Source of the DNA: Anabaena sp. FACHB-1237
Lineage (GTDB): Bacteria; Cyanobacteriota; Cyanobacteriia; Cyanobacteriales; Nostocaceae
NCBI RefSeq assembly: GCF_014696225.1
Contig: NZ_JACJPV010000013.1
Location: forward strand, 1 to 64,000
Length of the DNA stretch: 64,000 bases
Direction: 5' to 3'
Each line of letters opens with the position of its first letter. The stretch's first letter is position 1. The notes under the pieces were generated by a model, which saw only the letters and a program-made list of their open reading frames with translations, ran no database searches and had not been told where the DNA came from. This document shows, in pieces, positions 36,739-46,700 of the stretch. The position numbers and the translations under genes were made by a program.

Positions 36739-37719
36739 ATGGCTACCCGCCCAGAAATGAATTATAACTTACACACGCTATCACGGCTAATAGCTTACAT
36801 TACTTCACACTGTCACCTTCATACCATTATGAATACACCAAAAACCTCAAAATTCCAATTATTTGATAACGAAATTATAGCAGCATGGATTTTTCTCACA
36901 CCAGCCCTAATTATATTAGGTTTATTTATAATTTGGCCAATATTTTACTTGTTTTACCTCAGCTTTACAGCAGGTAGTTTTACATCCACAGGTGCATATT
37001 GGGTAGGTTTAAAAAACTATTTGCGACTCTTAGGAAATGCAGATTTTTGGCAAATTCTGTTTAACACAATCTATTTTACCATTGGTAGTGTTATTCCTAG
37101 TTTAATCATACCTTTAGGACTGGCAGTATTATTAAATAAAGCTATTCCTATGCGGGGAATTTTCCGTACAGCATACTTTTTACCATCAATAATTTCCTTA
37201 GTTGCTGCTGGTTTAGGATTTCGGTGGTTGTTTCAAAATACTGGACCAATTAATCAATTATTAGGTATTTTTAATATTCCTGAAATTGCTTGGTTAGGAG
37301 ATACTTTTTGGGCAATGCCAGTAATGATTCTTTTCAGTATTTGGAAACAAATAGGGTTTAATATGGTAGTTTTTTTGGCAGGTTTACAAGCAATTCCTGT
37401 GAATAGATATGAAGCAGCAGAATTAGATGGGGCAAATGATTTACAACAATTTTGGCATATTACTTTACCAGGATTAAGACCTACTTTAATTTTCGCTACT
37501 ATTACCACAGTAATTTTTACTTTCCGCAGTTTTGAACCAGTTTATGTGATTACGGGAGGAGGTCCTTTAAATTCTACCAATTTATTAGTTTATTACACTT
37601 ATCAAGAAGCCTTTGGACAATTTGATTTTGGTTATGCTGCGGCCATTGCTACGGTACTTTTAGTCATAACTTTAGGACTAGTTTATTTACAAATCCAAGT
37701 CACGAATGAGAAGGAATAA
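36739..37719 (+). CDS. ABC transporter permease (MalF/UgpA-type, binding-protein-dependent sugar/solute uptake); start probably at an internal Met (~36829)
   Basis: 6 TM helices and the EAA loop YEAAELDGANDLQQFWHITLPGLRPT. Confidence 0.8.
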   Translation: MATRPEMNYNLHTLSRLIAYITSHCHLHTIMNTPKTSKFQLFDNEIIAAWIFLTPALIILGLFIIWPIFYLFYLSFTAGSFTSTGAYWVGLKNYLRLLGNADFWQILFNTIYFTIGSVIPSLIIPLGLAVLLNKAIPMRGIFRTAYFLPSIISLVAAGLGFRWLFQNTGPINQLLGIFNIPEIAWLGDTFWAMPVMILFSIWKQIGFNMVVFLAGLQAIPVNRYEAAELDGANDLQQFWHITLPGLRPTLIFATITTVIFTFRSFEPVYVITGGGPLNSTNLLVYYTYQEAFGQFDFGYAAAIATVLLVITLGLVYLQIQVTNEKE

Positions 37720-37720
37720 A

Positions 37721-37789
37721 TAATGGATAATGGATAATTGATAATTGATAATTGATAATTGATAATTGATAATTGATAATTGATAATTA
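37721..37789. repeat. Heptamer tandem array (ATAATTG/GATAATT) x ~9, STRR-like
   Basis: taatggataatggataattgataattgataattgataattgataattgataattgataatt, immediately after the permease stop. Shorter arrays at 53577..53600 and a ttggtaa array at 33173..33198. Confidence 0.9.
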
Positions 37790-37946
37790 ACCGATTAAAC
37801 AGTACATTAGTGAGTTATTTGGATAGATTTAATCATCAAAAATAATTATCAATTGTCCATTTTCAATAGACATTTTATAACCTCTTTACAAGGGTTATAG
37901 AAAAAGCATATTGAATTTTCAGACAGGTTTAATTAGGTTTAATTAT

Positions 37947-38795
37947 TTAAAACTCTCTTTTTAAGAAGATTAAAATAGCTAATGCTAACAACATAAAACT
38001 GTAAATTAAACCATAACCAGCATTGATAGTTAAAGTCATAAAATCTGGTAATGCTTGGATACCATAAACGGCATCATTTTTTAAGTCTAATCTCGATAAA
38101 TCTGGCAAAATTAAATATAAACCTTGGGTCATTTGCATAATCCCTTGACTACCACTTAATTTACCTAATGCTACTAAATCTTTGGTAATAGTTCCCATTA
38201 AATAAACAGCAAAAGTTAAAGCTGTGGCAATGAGAGAACTAGTAAATACTCCTAAAGCAACCGCGACAGCAGTAATTAAAGATAACTGCAAAATTAAAAA
38301 TAATACAGCCAGAAGAATACTAGTAAAAGGATAAGATATTTTACCAATTAGTAAAAATCCTACATAAATGATGGTCATTGCTGTAATTAAAACAGTGATC
38401 ACAGCAGATAAACCGAAATATTTACTAGCAATAAATTCACTACGACTGATAGGTTTAGCAATTAATACTAAAATTGTGCGTTTTTCAATTTCTTTATTGA
38501 CTAAACCTGTACCAATAAATATGGCAACAATTAACCCGATGATATTCATTGTTGCTAAACCAAAATCTAAAAATATTTTGTCAGCACTGGTAGCAGAAAA
38601 TTCAGGAATAGCGTGGAAAGCAACGGCTAAAATAATCGCATAAAAACCGATAATGTAGACAATGCGATCGCGGATCACTTCCTTAAATACATTTTTACCC
38701 ATGACAAAGGTTCTCATTACATTCATAATTCTTCCTCGTTGTAATTTATATTGTGATAATTCAACTAATTCGATAAATGGGTATTGATAACCCAT
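37947..38795 (-). CDS. ABC-2-type transporter permease-like polytopic membrane protein
   Basis: ~6 predicted TM helices with hydropathy typical of ABC-2 permeases. No cognate ATPase adjacent. Confidence 0.5.
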   Translation of the reverse strand: MGYQYPFIELVELSQYKLQRGRIMNVMRTFVMGKNVFKEVIRDRIVYIIGFYAIILAVAFHAIPEFSATSADKIFLDFGLATMNIIGLIVAIFIGTGLVNKEIEKRTILVLIAKPISRSEFIASKYFGLSAVITVLITAMTIIYVGFLLIGKISYPFTSILLAVLFLILQLSLITAVAVALGVFTSSLIATALTFAVYLMGTITKDLVALGKLSGSQGIMQMTQGLYLILPDLSRLDLKNDAVYGIQALPDFMTLTINAGYGLIYSFMLLALAILIFLKREF

Positions 38796-38874
38796 ATTTA
38801 CACATTCAGTATTAATTATAAATCGGGCTAGAAGCCTAATCTACTATTGAGAAATTAATTATCAATTGTCAATT

Positions 38875-39882
38875 CTACTGTTGTGGTGGAGGAGAACCAA
38901 TAATAAGGGTACTAGTTTCGCAGGAAATATTAGCCACTGCATTTTTATTTTCTGATGTTTTATCAGAACCTTTAGGTTCTATCAAACAAGATTTTTTCCA
39001 ATAAAATCCTTTATTATCTGGACTCGGTCCTTTCCAAATAGTTAAAATATCCAATCTGTATCCAGTTTTAATACTAACTACTCTTGGTTGTACTTCCCAT
39101 AATTTCTTTTCCTCCAATTTACTTAAATTCTTGTCAATAGTTCTCTGGCCTAAATTACCTAATTTTTGATTAGCATCTAATAACCATTTTTCCACTTCTG
39201 ACCAAGGTTTATTAGCAATTTGTTGCTGTACTAAAGGTTGAATTTTTCTTAAAATTAAATCACCATTTTTAGGTTTTTGTTTTCGCGGTTCTACCCTAAT
39301 CACAAAAGCGCTATTTTGAAAATTATCTCCGCGTAAACTGGGATAGTCTTTTAACCATTTATCTACAACAAAGTAAAATTGAATCCAACAACTAATTAAC
39401 ATAGACCAAGCTAACAAAATCAGAATTTTTTGTTTCTGTTCTAATTTAGGAAGCGTAACCTTTGCTGTTGTTCCTCCTGTACCTTCAAAAAAACTGGGTA
39501 AAACAGTCATTATTGCTGCGATAGTTGGCCAGATAACTATGGTTTTAGTAGTAATAATATTTTTTTCATGGCCGAAGGCAAATACACTGATTAAAAAACC
39601 ACTAATTACTGCTCCCACAGGCATAAAAGTTCCAGGAACTCGCAAGGGATCATCTGTTGTATACCATGCTGTTCCTGCTATTAAAAATAACCAGCCACAA
39701 AAAGCAATAATATCTTTAACAAATCCTACAGCAAAATATGATGCTGCCCAAGAAAATACACTCAAATAAATTAAGGTTTGCCATGAATATATTTTAGCTG
39801 GAGTTAATAATTTTCGCACTCCTGAGAATAAGTCTTCAATAAACTTAAATATTGCTAATACATCCTTAAATAAACTGTCCAT
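38875..39882 (-). CDS. Hypothetical integral membrane protein
   Basis: Multiple TM segments N-terminal, soluble C-terminal ~150 aa. No motif recognised. Confidence 0.45.
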   Translation of the reverse strand: MDSLFKDVLAIFKFIEDLFSGVRKLLTPAKIYSWQTLIYLSVFSWAASYFAVGFVKDIIAFCGWLFLIAGTAWYTTDDPLRVPGTFMPVGAVISGFLISVFAFGHEKNIITTKTIVIWPTIAAIMTVLPSFFEGTGGTTAKVTLPKLEQKQKILILLAWSMLISCWIQFYFVVDKWLKDYPSLRGDNFQNSAFVIRVEPRKQKPKNGDLILRKIQPLVQQQIANKPWSEVEKWLLDANQKLGNLGQRTIDKNLSKLEEKKLWEVQPRVVSIKTGYRLDILTIWKGPSPDNKGFYWKKSCLIEPKGSDKTSENKNAVANISCETSTLIIGSPPPQQ

Positions 39883-39898
39883 TTCTTCTCCTGTATTT

Positions 39899-40435
39899 TT
39901 AAAGTGAACGTATTAATAAAAGTGCTGTAATAGCACTATAACTCAGTGAATTAGCGACTAATGTTGCTAAAACCAGTTGATTATTTTGAACTTTATTGAT
40001 ATTCAGATAAGCTGCTCTTTCTTGTCCAGTCATCACGGTAGTTTGTTCTTGCTTTTTAGCTTCGTTCAAAAATATCATTAGTAATTTTAGTAATAAAAAT
40101 TTGACTAAGAAAGTTCCGAAGAAAATAGCAGAAGATGTAAAAACTATCATGGTTTGGATACTGGGATCTTTGAGTTTATTGAAAAGTACATAGTTAATTA
40201 ATTGTGATTTAATTTCTATAGCTAATATTGGTTCAATTGAGAAAAATATTAACCAGCCAATAACACTAGAGAAAACATTAGTACATATAGCATAAAATGT
40301 ACTAGTTTTTTTATCAAATTTCAACCATTTATGGAGAACAGTAGCTTCTATGGGAATAGCTGTGATTAAAAATAGGACTTCAAACAGAATTGCCCCAACT
40401 GGTAAAATTATCGGTAGTGTTAATTCTTCAGACAT
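39899..40435 (-). CDS. Hypothetical integral membrane protein
   Basis: 4-5 TM helices. Adjacent to the preceding membrane protein; likely co-transcribed. Confidence 0.45.
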   Translation of the reverse strand: MSEELTLPIILPVGAILFEVLFLITAIPIEATVLHKWLKFDKKTSTFYAICTNVFSSVIGWLIFFSIEPILAIEIKSQLINYVLFNKLKDPSIQTMIVFTSSAIFFGTFLVKFLLLKLLMIFLNEAKKQEQTTVMTGQERAAYLNINKVQNNQLVLATLVANSLSYSAITALLLIRSL

Positions 40436-40744
40436 AGTGGTGTGTCGGTAGGGTAAACTGTACAGAGTATCACTAAATAGGTAAGATAGGTTTAATAATA
40501 AAAGTATCTTCCCACATTTCTGATTACTTTTTATTTATGATAACTTGATGCTTCTGTCAAGTCATAATACTGATGATTCACTTGATCGCTATAGACCAAC
40601 TTGTTACATATCTTAATATAAAGTAAATAATTAAGAGAAAATACAAGTTGCTGATATACAAACAAACACCGCATAATCACATTTATACTTAGTTTATATT
40701 TAGCATTTTCGTAGTTTTTTGAAAATAATAAATAAGGAGTAATT

Positions 40745-41185
40745 TTGTTACCATTGTTACCAGATTCTTTTCCTCAAGCAGCAGCAAGACATTTATATGA
40801 TGCAAAAATCTTGTTAGATCAGCAACGATGGGATAATGCTGTATATCTTGCGGGTTATGTCGTTGAATGCTCATTTAAGGTATTAGTAGAAGTATATATT
40901 CCTGAAGGTAAAACAGCAGTTAAAAAGTATGGACATGATTTAACAGAACTTCAAGGAAAAGCAATAGATAGATTACGCTTGATGTATCCTGTACTTATGC
41001 AGCTTCCAACTTCTCAAACCCAAGGAACAAAATTAGCAGAAAATCATCCAGGCAGACGCTATTATAAATCAGGAATTTGGAATCAAACTGAAGCGGAGGA
41101 AGCAGTTAACAGAGCAGAGGAAATTTATCAGGAAGTTATCACTAAATTGGTTTTAGATGGTATAATTAGCAGTAACGAATTTTAG
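40745..41185 (+). CDS. HEPN-like small alpha-helical protein (tentative)
   Basis: AARHLYDAKILLDQQRWDNAVYLAGYVVECSFKVLV resembles the first HEPN helix pair. KKYGHDLTEL lies where the Rx4-6H motif sits (Arg replaced by Lys). Confidence 0.4.
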   Translation: MLPLLPDSFPQAAARHLYDAKILLDQQRWDNAVYLAGYVVECSFKVLVEVYIPEGKTAVKKYGHDLTELQGKAIDRLRLMYPVLMQLPTSQTQGTKLAENHPGRRYYKSGIWNQTEAEEAVNRAEEIYQEVITKLVLDGIISSNEF

Positions 41186-41201
41186 AAAAATTGAGAAAAA
41201 T

Positions 41202-42590
41202 ATGATTAGTTTTGGTGATACTTTTGACAAAGTAAAAGAGTGTTTTACAGAAGCAAATATTGAATCAGGACTCAAACCAAAGTTAAAATCTGTAACCATA
41301 ATTCGTGATATTTATGGTAAAATTCGGCTGTTTCTTGAACCAAAGGAAAGTATTACAATTGATGCAGGAGAAACAGATAAATTAAAAAGACATTTACAAC
41401 AAAAATTAAGTTATTATTATGGTGAAGATATTTGGTTGGCACAAGGTGAAAAAGATGGTTACAAATCCTTAATTGATGCCATAAAAAATGAAAGAATAGC
41501 GGCTGAATGGGATGATAATAATATTGATTGGTATGTGCTAGAACGCCATCTTGCTAAACAGACATGGACTAATCAAAATTCAGGTAATCCACCTTGGGAA
41601 ATAAGATGGGTGGATACAGGAACAAAACCAGCAGTTGTCACTTTTTTCTCATTCAAAGGTGGTGTAGGTAGAACCACAGCATTAGTAGCTACAGCACTTA
41701 CTTTAGCTCGTAATGGACACCGAGTAGCTATAGTAGATTTAGATTTAGATTTAGAAGCTCCCGGGTTATCCAGTATCTTTTTTAAAGATACAGTAGAAAA
41801 CTTTGGTGTGATTGATTATTTATTAGAGAAAAAGATTCAAAATAGAAATTGGTCTTTAAGAAATGATATTTTAAGAATTAATGATCCCCTATTACTCGGA
41901 AATTCAGGAGGACAAATATATTTATTTACTGCGGGAAATGTAGATAATAATTACTTAGAAAAGTTAGCAAGGTTAGATTTTCAAAACTTAGTAGATCATC
42001 AACTTCCTGAAACCTTTAAGGGAATGTTGAAAGAACTAGAAAGTGCTGTTAAACCTCTTGATTTTATTCTCTTAGATTCTAGAGCAGGATTTCATGATAT
42101 TGGAGGATTAGCATTAACTGATTTATCTCACGCCGCAGTGATATTTGGTAGACAGTCTCGGCAAAGTTGGGCTGGTTTAACTTATGTTATTCGTCGTTTA
42201 TCTCAACCATTATTAGCAGAAAGGGAAAAATTCGCTGTAATATTAGTTCATGCTATGGCTCTTGCCAGTTTGGAAAGACGAAGGAATGAAGAATTAAGAG
42301 CATTTAAAGAACAGGCATATATAGCATTTCAAGAAAACTACTATTATGAAGGTGAAGTTGTACCTAATGCCGATGATATTAATGAACCTTTTTTACCTAT
42401 AATACTGCCTTTGAAAGATGAATTACAAGGAGATATTAGTTTATTTGTGCGTGATGAAAGTCAAGAAGAATCTGAACGGCTGAAACAGTTTGTATCTTTG
42501 ATGACTAATGAAGATTATCAAAAAATTGCTCAAAGGTTGTGTATAAGATTTAATAAGAGATTTAACAAAATAGAAGAGGAAGTAAGATGA
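41202..42590 (+). CDS. ParA/MinD-family P-loop ATPase homologue with N- and C-terminal extensions and a degenerate Walker A (KGGVGRTT)
   Basis: VVTFFSFKGGVGRTTALVATALTLARNGHRVAIVDLDLDLEAPGL is the ParA deviant Walker A with the P-loop Lys replaced by Arg. Walker B-like FILLDSRAG. Confidence 0.65.
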   Translation: MISFGDTFDKVKECFTEANIESGLKPKLKSVTIIRDIYGKIRLFLEPKESITIDAGETDKLKRHLQQKLSYYYGEDIWLAQGEKDGYKSLIDAIKNERIAAEWDDNNIDWYVLERHLAKQTWTNQNSGNPPWEIRWVDTGTKPAVVTFFSFKGGVGRTTALVATALTLARNGHRVAIVDLDLDLEAPGLSSIFFKDTVENFGVIDYLLEKKIQNRNWSLRNDILRINDPLLLGNSGGQIYLFTAGNVDNNYLEKLARLDFQNLVDHQLPETFKGMLKELESAVKPLDFILLDSRAGFHDIGGLALTDLSHAAVIFGRQSRQSWAGLTYVIRRLSQPLLAEREKFAVILVHAMALASLERRRNEELRAFKEQAYIAFQENYYYEGEVVPNADDINEPFLPIILPLKDELQGDISLFVRDESQEESERLKQFVSLMTNEDYQKIAQRLCIRFNKRFNKIEEEVR

Positions 42591-44101
42591 GTAATTCTGA
42601 TAAACAAAAACTACTAGAATTAATGGCTGGTATAGCACCACGAAACGCAACAGCAGAAAATGAAAGTAATGATCATGCCATTTTTCTCAAAAACTTTCTA
42701 CCTATTCCTAACTATCGCCAAGTTTTAGAAAGAGATACACTTTTAATATTAGGAGGAAAGGGGGTAGGTAAAACTGAACTATTTCGGTTATTAGCCATTC
42801 CTTCAGGACGAAAAATCCTGGTAGAAAACTTAAAAATTAGAGCATTAGAAGACTTAGACAAAACAACATGGATTGCTGGTTTTGGACGTACTCAACAGCA
42901 GGAAAAAACCTTTCCTACGCCAGAAACTATAGAAGCACAAATACACAATGGGAGTAATTTGGATTGGCGGATATTTTGGATTGGTTTAATGTTAGGAAGA
43001 ATTTTAAGCCAAGAACAAGAAATATTGAAAGGTGATTGGGTTGATGAGATACCTTTAGAAATTCGGGAATTATTAATCAATAAATTACCTCTATTATCTG
43101 CTTGGTTTCCTCTTGTATGTCAAAACATAGAGAAAATTAATTATGCTTTAGATTTGTTAGATCAAAAATTAATTGAATCAGATCAATGGTTATTTATCAC
43201 CTATGATGAACTAGATAGATTAGGATATTCATATCATCAATTAGCTACTCCTATACGTGAACTTTTAGCTTTTTGGTTAGATAGATGGCGACGTTGGGAA
43301 AGAATTAGACCTAAGATTTTTTTACGTACTGACCTTTTTCGAGAAGATTTTTTAAGTTTTCCTGATGCTTCTAAATTAAAAGCTTATCAAGTTAATTTGG
43401 AATGGAAAGATTCATGGTTATATCAACTACTATTCAAAAGATTAGCAAATTCTGGTCAAGAAATGGCTGAATATTTGCAGGATATATCACCGACATCACC
43501 AAATTTTCTCAAGGAAACTAACACACCTTTAGGAATAATTATCACTGCTAATGAAGTTTCTCATGAATTTGTGATCGGCAGAATAATTAATAGATTTATG
43601 GGTGATAATCCTAGAAAGGGATATACACATCTTTGGATTCCTAATAATCTTAAAGATGCTGGAGGTCGAATTTATCCCCGCGCATTTTTACAGCTATTTT
43701 CATTACCAGCACAAAGAAGAATAAATGAATCTGATATGCAAAATTTAACTGGAGATACTCTCCTCACTCCTGCTGATTTACAAAGCGCACTTGTGGATAT
43801 TTCTCAGTATAGAATTGGAGAATTAGTAGATGAATATCCTTGGTTAGAACCTCTCAAAAATAGCTTAAATGGTTTGAAAGTTCCTGTGGAAGAAGAAATT
43901 TTCCTCGATAAACTTAAAAATACAATGTGGAGTGAAGAATTAGGAAAACAACCTCCTGCTTCCAAACCAGAGGAAATTATGGGATATTTGCTACAACTGG
44001 GAATTATTGACAGGCGTTCTGATAAGCGTGTTAATATGCCTACAATTTATATGTATGGATTTGGGGTAAAACGTCCTGGTGGTGTAAAACGTCCAAAGTG
44101 A
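42587..44101 (+). CDS. P-loop NTPase of unknown family (Walker A GGKGVGKT, Walker B LFITYDE) with a ~200-aa C-terminal domain
   Basis: Start overlaps the upstream stop (ATGA) by 4 nt, indicating translational coupling. LLILGGKGVGKTELFRLL; WLFITYDELDRL. Confidence 0.6.
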   Translation: MSNSDKQKLLELMAGIAPRNATAENESNDHAIFLKNFLPIPNYRQVLERDTLLILGGKGVGKTELFRLLAIPSGRKILVENLKIRALEDLDKTTWIAGFGRTQQQEKTFPTPETIEAQIHNGSNLDWRIFWIGLMLGRILSQEQEILKGDWVDEIPLEIRELLINKLPLLSAWFPLVCQNIEKINYALDLLDQKLIESDQWLFITYDELDRLGYSYHQLATPIRELLAFWLDRWRRWERIRPKIFLRTDLFREDFLSFPDASKLKAYQVNLEWKDSWLYQLLFKRLANSGQEMAEYLQDISPTSPNFLKETNTPLGIIITANEVSHEFVIGRIINRFMGDNPRKGYTHLWIPNNLKDAGGRIYPRAFLQLFSLPAQRRINESDMQNLTGDTLLTPADLQSALVDISQYRIGELVDEYPWLEPLKNSLNGLKVPVEEEIFLDKLKNTMWSEELGKQPPASKPEEIMGYLLQLGIIDRRSDKRVNMPTIYMYGFGVKRPGGVKRPK

Positions 44102-44163
44102 TAGAAAAGCGATTGATTAGTAATGGATCATATTGGTAGACAATTAAGGAGTTAGTAATTACA

Positions 44164-45300
44164 ATGACAAGAAATGGTATCGGTATTCGTACAGCCCAAG
44201 CCCGTTCGGAACGCCTTACTGGTCAAATTCATGTTTATGATGGTATTGGTAAAGGTAAATCACAAGCGGCTTTAGGTGTGGTTTTACGTTCTATTGGTCT
44301 AGGTATAAACGCGGAAAATAATTTTCATCGAGTCTTATTATTACGTTTTTTAAAAGGACCAGAGCGAGATTATGATGAAGATGGAGCAATTACAGCGTTA
44401 CAAAAAGGGTTTCCCCATCTTATTGACCAGGTTCGTACAGGAAGGGCGGAATTTTTCGGACATGATGAAATTACCAGTTTTGATCGTGTGGAAGCTGCTA
44501 GGGGTTGGGATGTGGCTAAAGGAGCGATCGCTTCTGATTTATATTCTGTGGTAGTGTTGGATGAAATTAACCCGGTGTTAGATTTGGGGTTATTATCTGT
44601 GGCAGAAGTGGTTAAAACTCTGCAAAATAAACCCCAAGAATTAGAAATTATTTGTACAGGACGCGCTGCACCACAACAACTATTAGATATTGCGGATCTG
44701 CATTCAGAGATGAAACCGTTACATCATCCTACAGCAGATGAGTTGTTAATTGAAGGTATAGAAATTTATACAGGTGCAGGTAAAGGTAAATCTACTAGTG
44801 CTTTGGGAAAAGCATTACAGGCAATAGGTCGAGGTATTAATCACCCTGGATCTACCCGTGTATTAATTATGCAGTGGTTAAAAGGTGGTAGTGGATATAC
44901 TGAGGATGCAGCGATCGCCGCTTTACAACAATCCTATCCTGAAGTAGTAGATCATCAACGTTGTGGGCGTGATGCTATTGTTTGGCGTAATTCTAGACAA
45001 GATTTAGACTATTTAGAAGCTCAAAGAGGTTGGGAAATTGCCAAAACAGCGATCGCTTCTGGAGTGTATAAAACTATTATTCTGGATGAACTTAACCCTA
45101 CAGTTGATTTAGAATTATTACCTGTTGATCCCATTGTACAAGCATTACTACGGAAACCAAGAGACACAGAAATTGTTATTACTGGGCGCTGTCAACATCA
45201 ACCAGCTTATTTTGATTTAGCTAGTGTTCATTCGGAGGTATATTGTCATAAACATTACGCAAATCAAGGAGTAGAATTGAAGCGGGGCGTTGATTTTTAG
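44164..45300 (+). CDS. cobO: Tandem-duplicated CobA/CobO/BtuR-type ATP:cob(I)alamin adenosyltransferase
   Basis: Two repeats of the family. Repeat 1: IHVYDGIGKGKSQAALGVVLRSIGLG...VVVLDEINPVLDLGLL...ICTGRAAPQQLLDIADLHSEMKPLHHP. Repeat 2: IEIYTGAGKGKSTSALGKALQAIGRG...TIILDELNPTVDLELL...VITGRCQHQPAYFDLASVHSEV. Confidence 0.75.
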   Translation: MTRNGIGIRTAQARSERLTGQIHVYDGIGKGKSQAALGVVLRSIGLGINAENNFHRVLLLRFLKGPERDYDEDGAITALQKGFPHLIDQVRTGRAEFFGHDEITSFDRVEAARGWDVAKGAIASDLYSVVVLDEINPVLDLGLLSVAEVVKTLQNKPQELEIICTGRAAPQQLLDIADLHSEMKPLHHPTADELLIEGIEIYTGAGKGKSTSALGKALQAIGRGINHPGSTRVLIMQWLKGGSGYTEDAAIAALQQSYPEVVDHQRCGRDAIVWRNSRQDLDYLEAQRGWEIAKTAIASGVYKTIILDELNPTVDLELLPVDPIVQALLRKPRDTEIVITGRCQHQPAYFDLASVHSEVYCHKHYANQGVELKRGVDF

Positions 45301-45315
45301 AAATATTCAGATTCA

Positions 45316-45346
45316 GATCCCGGACTTCTTCAAGAAGTCCGGGATC
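45316..45346. repeat. 31-bp palindrome GATCCCGGACTTCTTCAAGAAGTCCGGGATC (same family as 30307)
   Basis: Seen directly, 16 bp after the cobO-like stop. Confidence 0.85.
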
Positions 45347-45478
45347 TAGTTTTTATTAATCGCCATTTTTATAAAGAGGAGAAACACCCACAGATACAAA
45401 CCAATCTGGTCTTTTATACCATCTGGGATGATGAGGATCATAATATAAATTCATATTTTAAAACAACCTCTGAAAAAT

Positions 45479-46633
45479 ATGTTTAATGTTACAAAAAAGA
45501 TAGTGTTTATTGGTGGTGGACACACTCATTCCATTGTATTAAATCTTTTAGGTAAATGTCCACTGTCAAAGGTAAGATTGATTTTAATTACTCCAGATAT
45601 ATATACTCCTTATTCAGGTATGTTACCCGGACATATTGCTGGTTTTTATAGTTATTCTCAGTGCCATATTAATTTACAATATTTAAGCAATTTTGCTGGT
45701 TCTGAGTTGTATCTTGATTCTGTGGTAGGTTTGGATTTAAAAAATAATTATGTGCTTTGTGCTAATAAAGAACCTGTAAGTTTTGATGTTCTTTCTATTG
45801 ATATTGGTAGTGTTCCTCAACAATTATCTGTATTGGTTGGTTCCGAATATACTATTGGTGTAAAACCTGTGAGTCGTTTTTTAAAATGTTGGTATAATTT
45901 ACAAGAAAATATCTGGAATAATTCTGGTAAGTCTTTTAGTATCGCTGTGGTTGGTGGTGGTGCTGGCGGTGTGGAATTGGTATTATCCATGATCAGAGGT
46001 TTACAAGGAGAAAGTTGTTTAAAATTGCCAAATGTGGAGTTTCATTTATTTCACAGTGGTATAAGTTTAATGCCAAATTACTATTATTTGGTTGGTGAAT
46101 TTATACAGGATCTTCTCCTCAGTAAAGGTGTGAATTTACATCTAAAGGAAAGGGTATGTGAGGTAATAAAAATTATAGATGATAGGTTAAATGTTAAATG
46201 TGAATCTGGTTTGATCCTAAGTTGTGATTATGTGTTTTTGGTAACTCAACCATCAGCAGCAAGTTGGGTTAAAGATTCGGGAATTGCTACGAATGATGAT
46301 GGTTTTATTTTGGTAAACAATGCTTTACAATCAGTCTCTCATCACCATATTTTCGCTGCGGGTGATATTGCTACTATGATTAATTATAATTTACCGAAAT
46401 CAGGTGTATTTGCGGTACGTCAAAGTAAAACTTTATATGATAATTTACGCAGAATAATGGATGATCAACCTTTAAAATCTTATAAACCACAAAGTAGTTA
46501 TTTGAGTTTAATCGGTACAGGAGATGGTAAGGCCATAGCTACTAAAGGTAATTTCACTTTGCCTCCTCATAAGTTATTATGGTGTTGGAAAGATTTTATT
46601 GATCGTCGTTTTATGGAACAATTTCCACAGTAA
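45479..46633 (+). CDS. FAD-dependent pyridine-nucleotide-disulfide-type oxidoreductase
   Basis: N-terminal Rossmann KIVFIGGGHTHS. Second dinucleotide fold SIAVVGGGAGGVE. C-terminal IFAAGDIAT motif. Confidence 0.65.
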   Translation: MFNVTKKIVFIGGGHTHSIVLNLLGKCPLSKVRLILITPDIYTPYSGMLPGHIAGFYSYSQCHINLQYLSNFAGSELYLDSVVGLDLKNNYVLCANKEPVSFDVLSIDIGSVPQQLSVLVGSEYTIGVKPVSRFLKCWYNLQENIWNNSGKSFSIAVVGGGAGGVELVLSMIRGLQGESCLKLPNVEFHLFHSGISLMPNYYYLVGEFIQDLLLSKGVNLHLKERVCEVIKIIDDRLNVKCESGLILSCDYVFLVTQPSAASWVKDSGIATNDDGFILVNNALQSVSHHHIFAAGDIATMINYNLPKSGVFAVRQSKTLYDNLRRIMDDQPLKSYKPQSSYLSLIGTGDGKAIATKGNFTLPPHKLLWCWKDFIDRRFMEQFPQ

Positions 46634-46700
46634 GGTTATTGACTTATTTAAGAAGTCGAGAATTGCAATTTTATGAAAACATTAACAGAGGTTTACAAAT

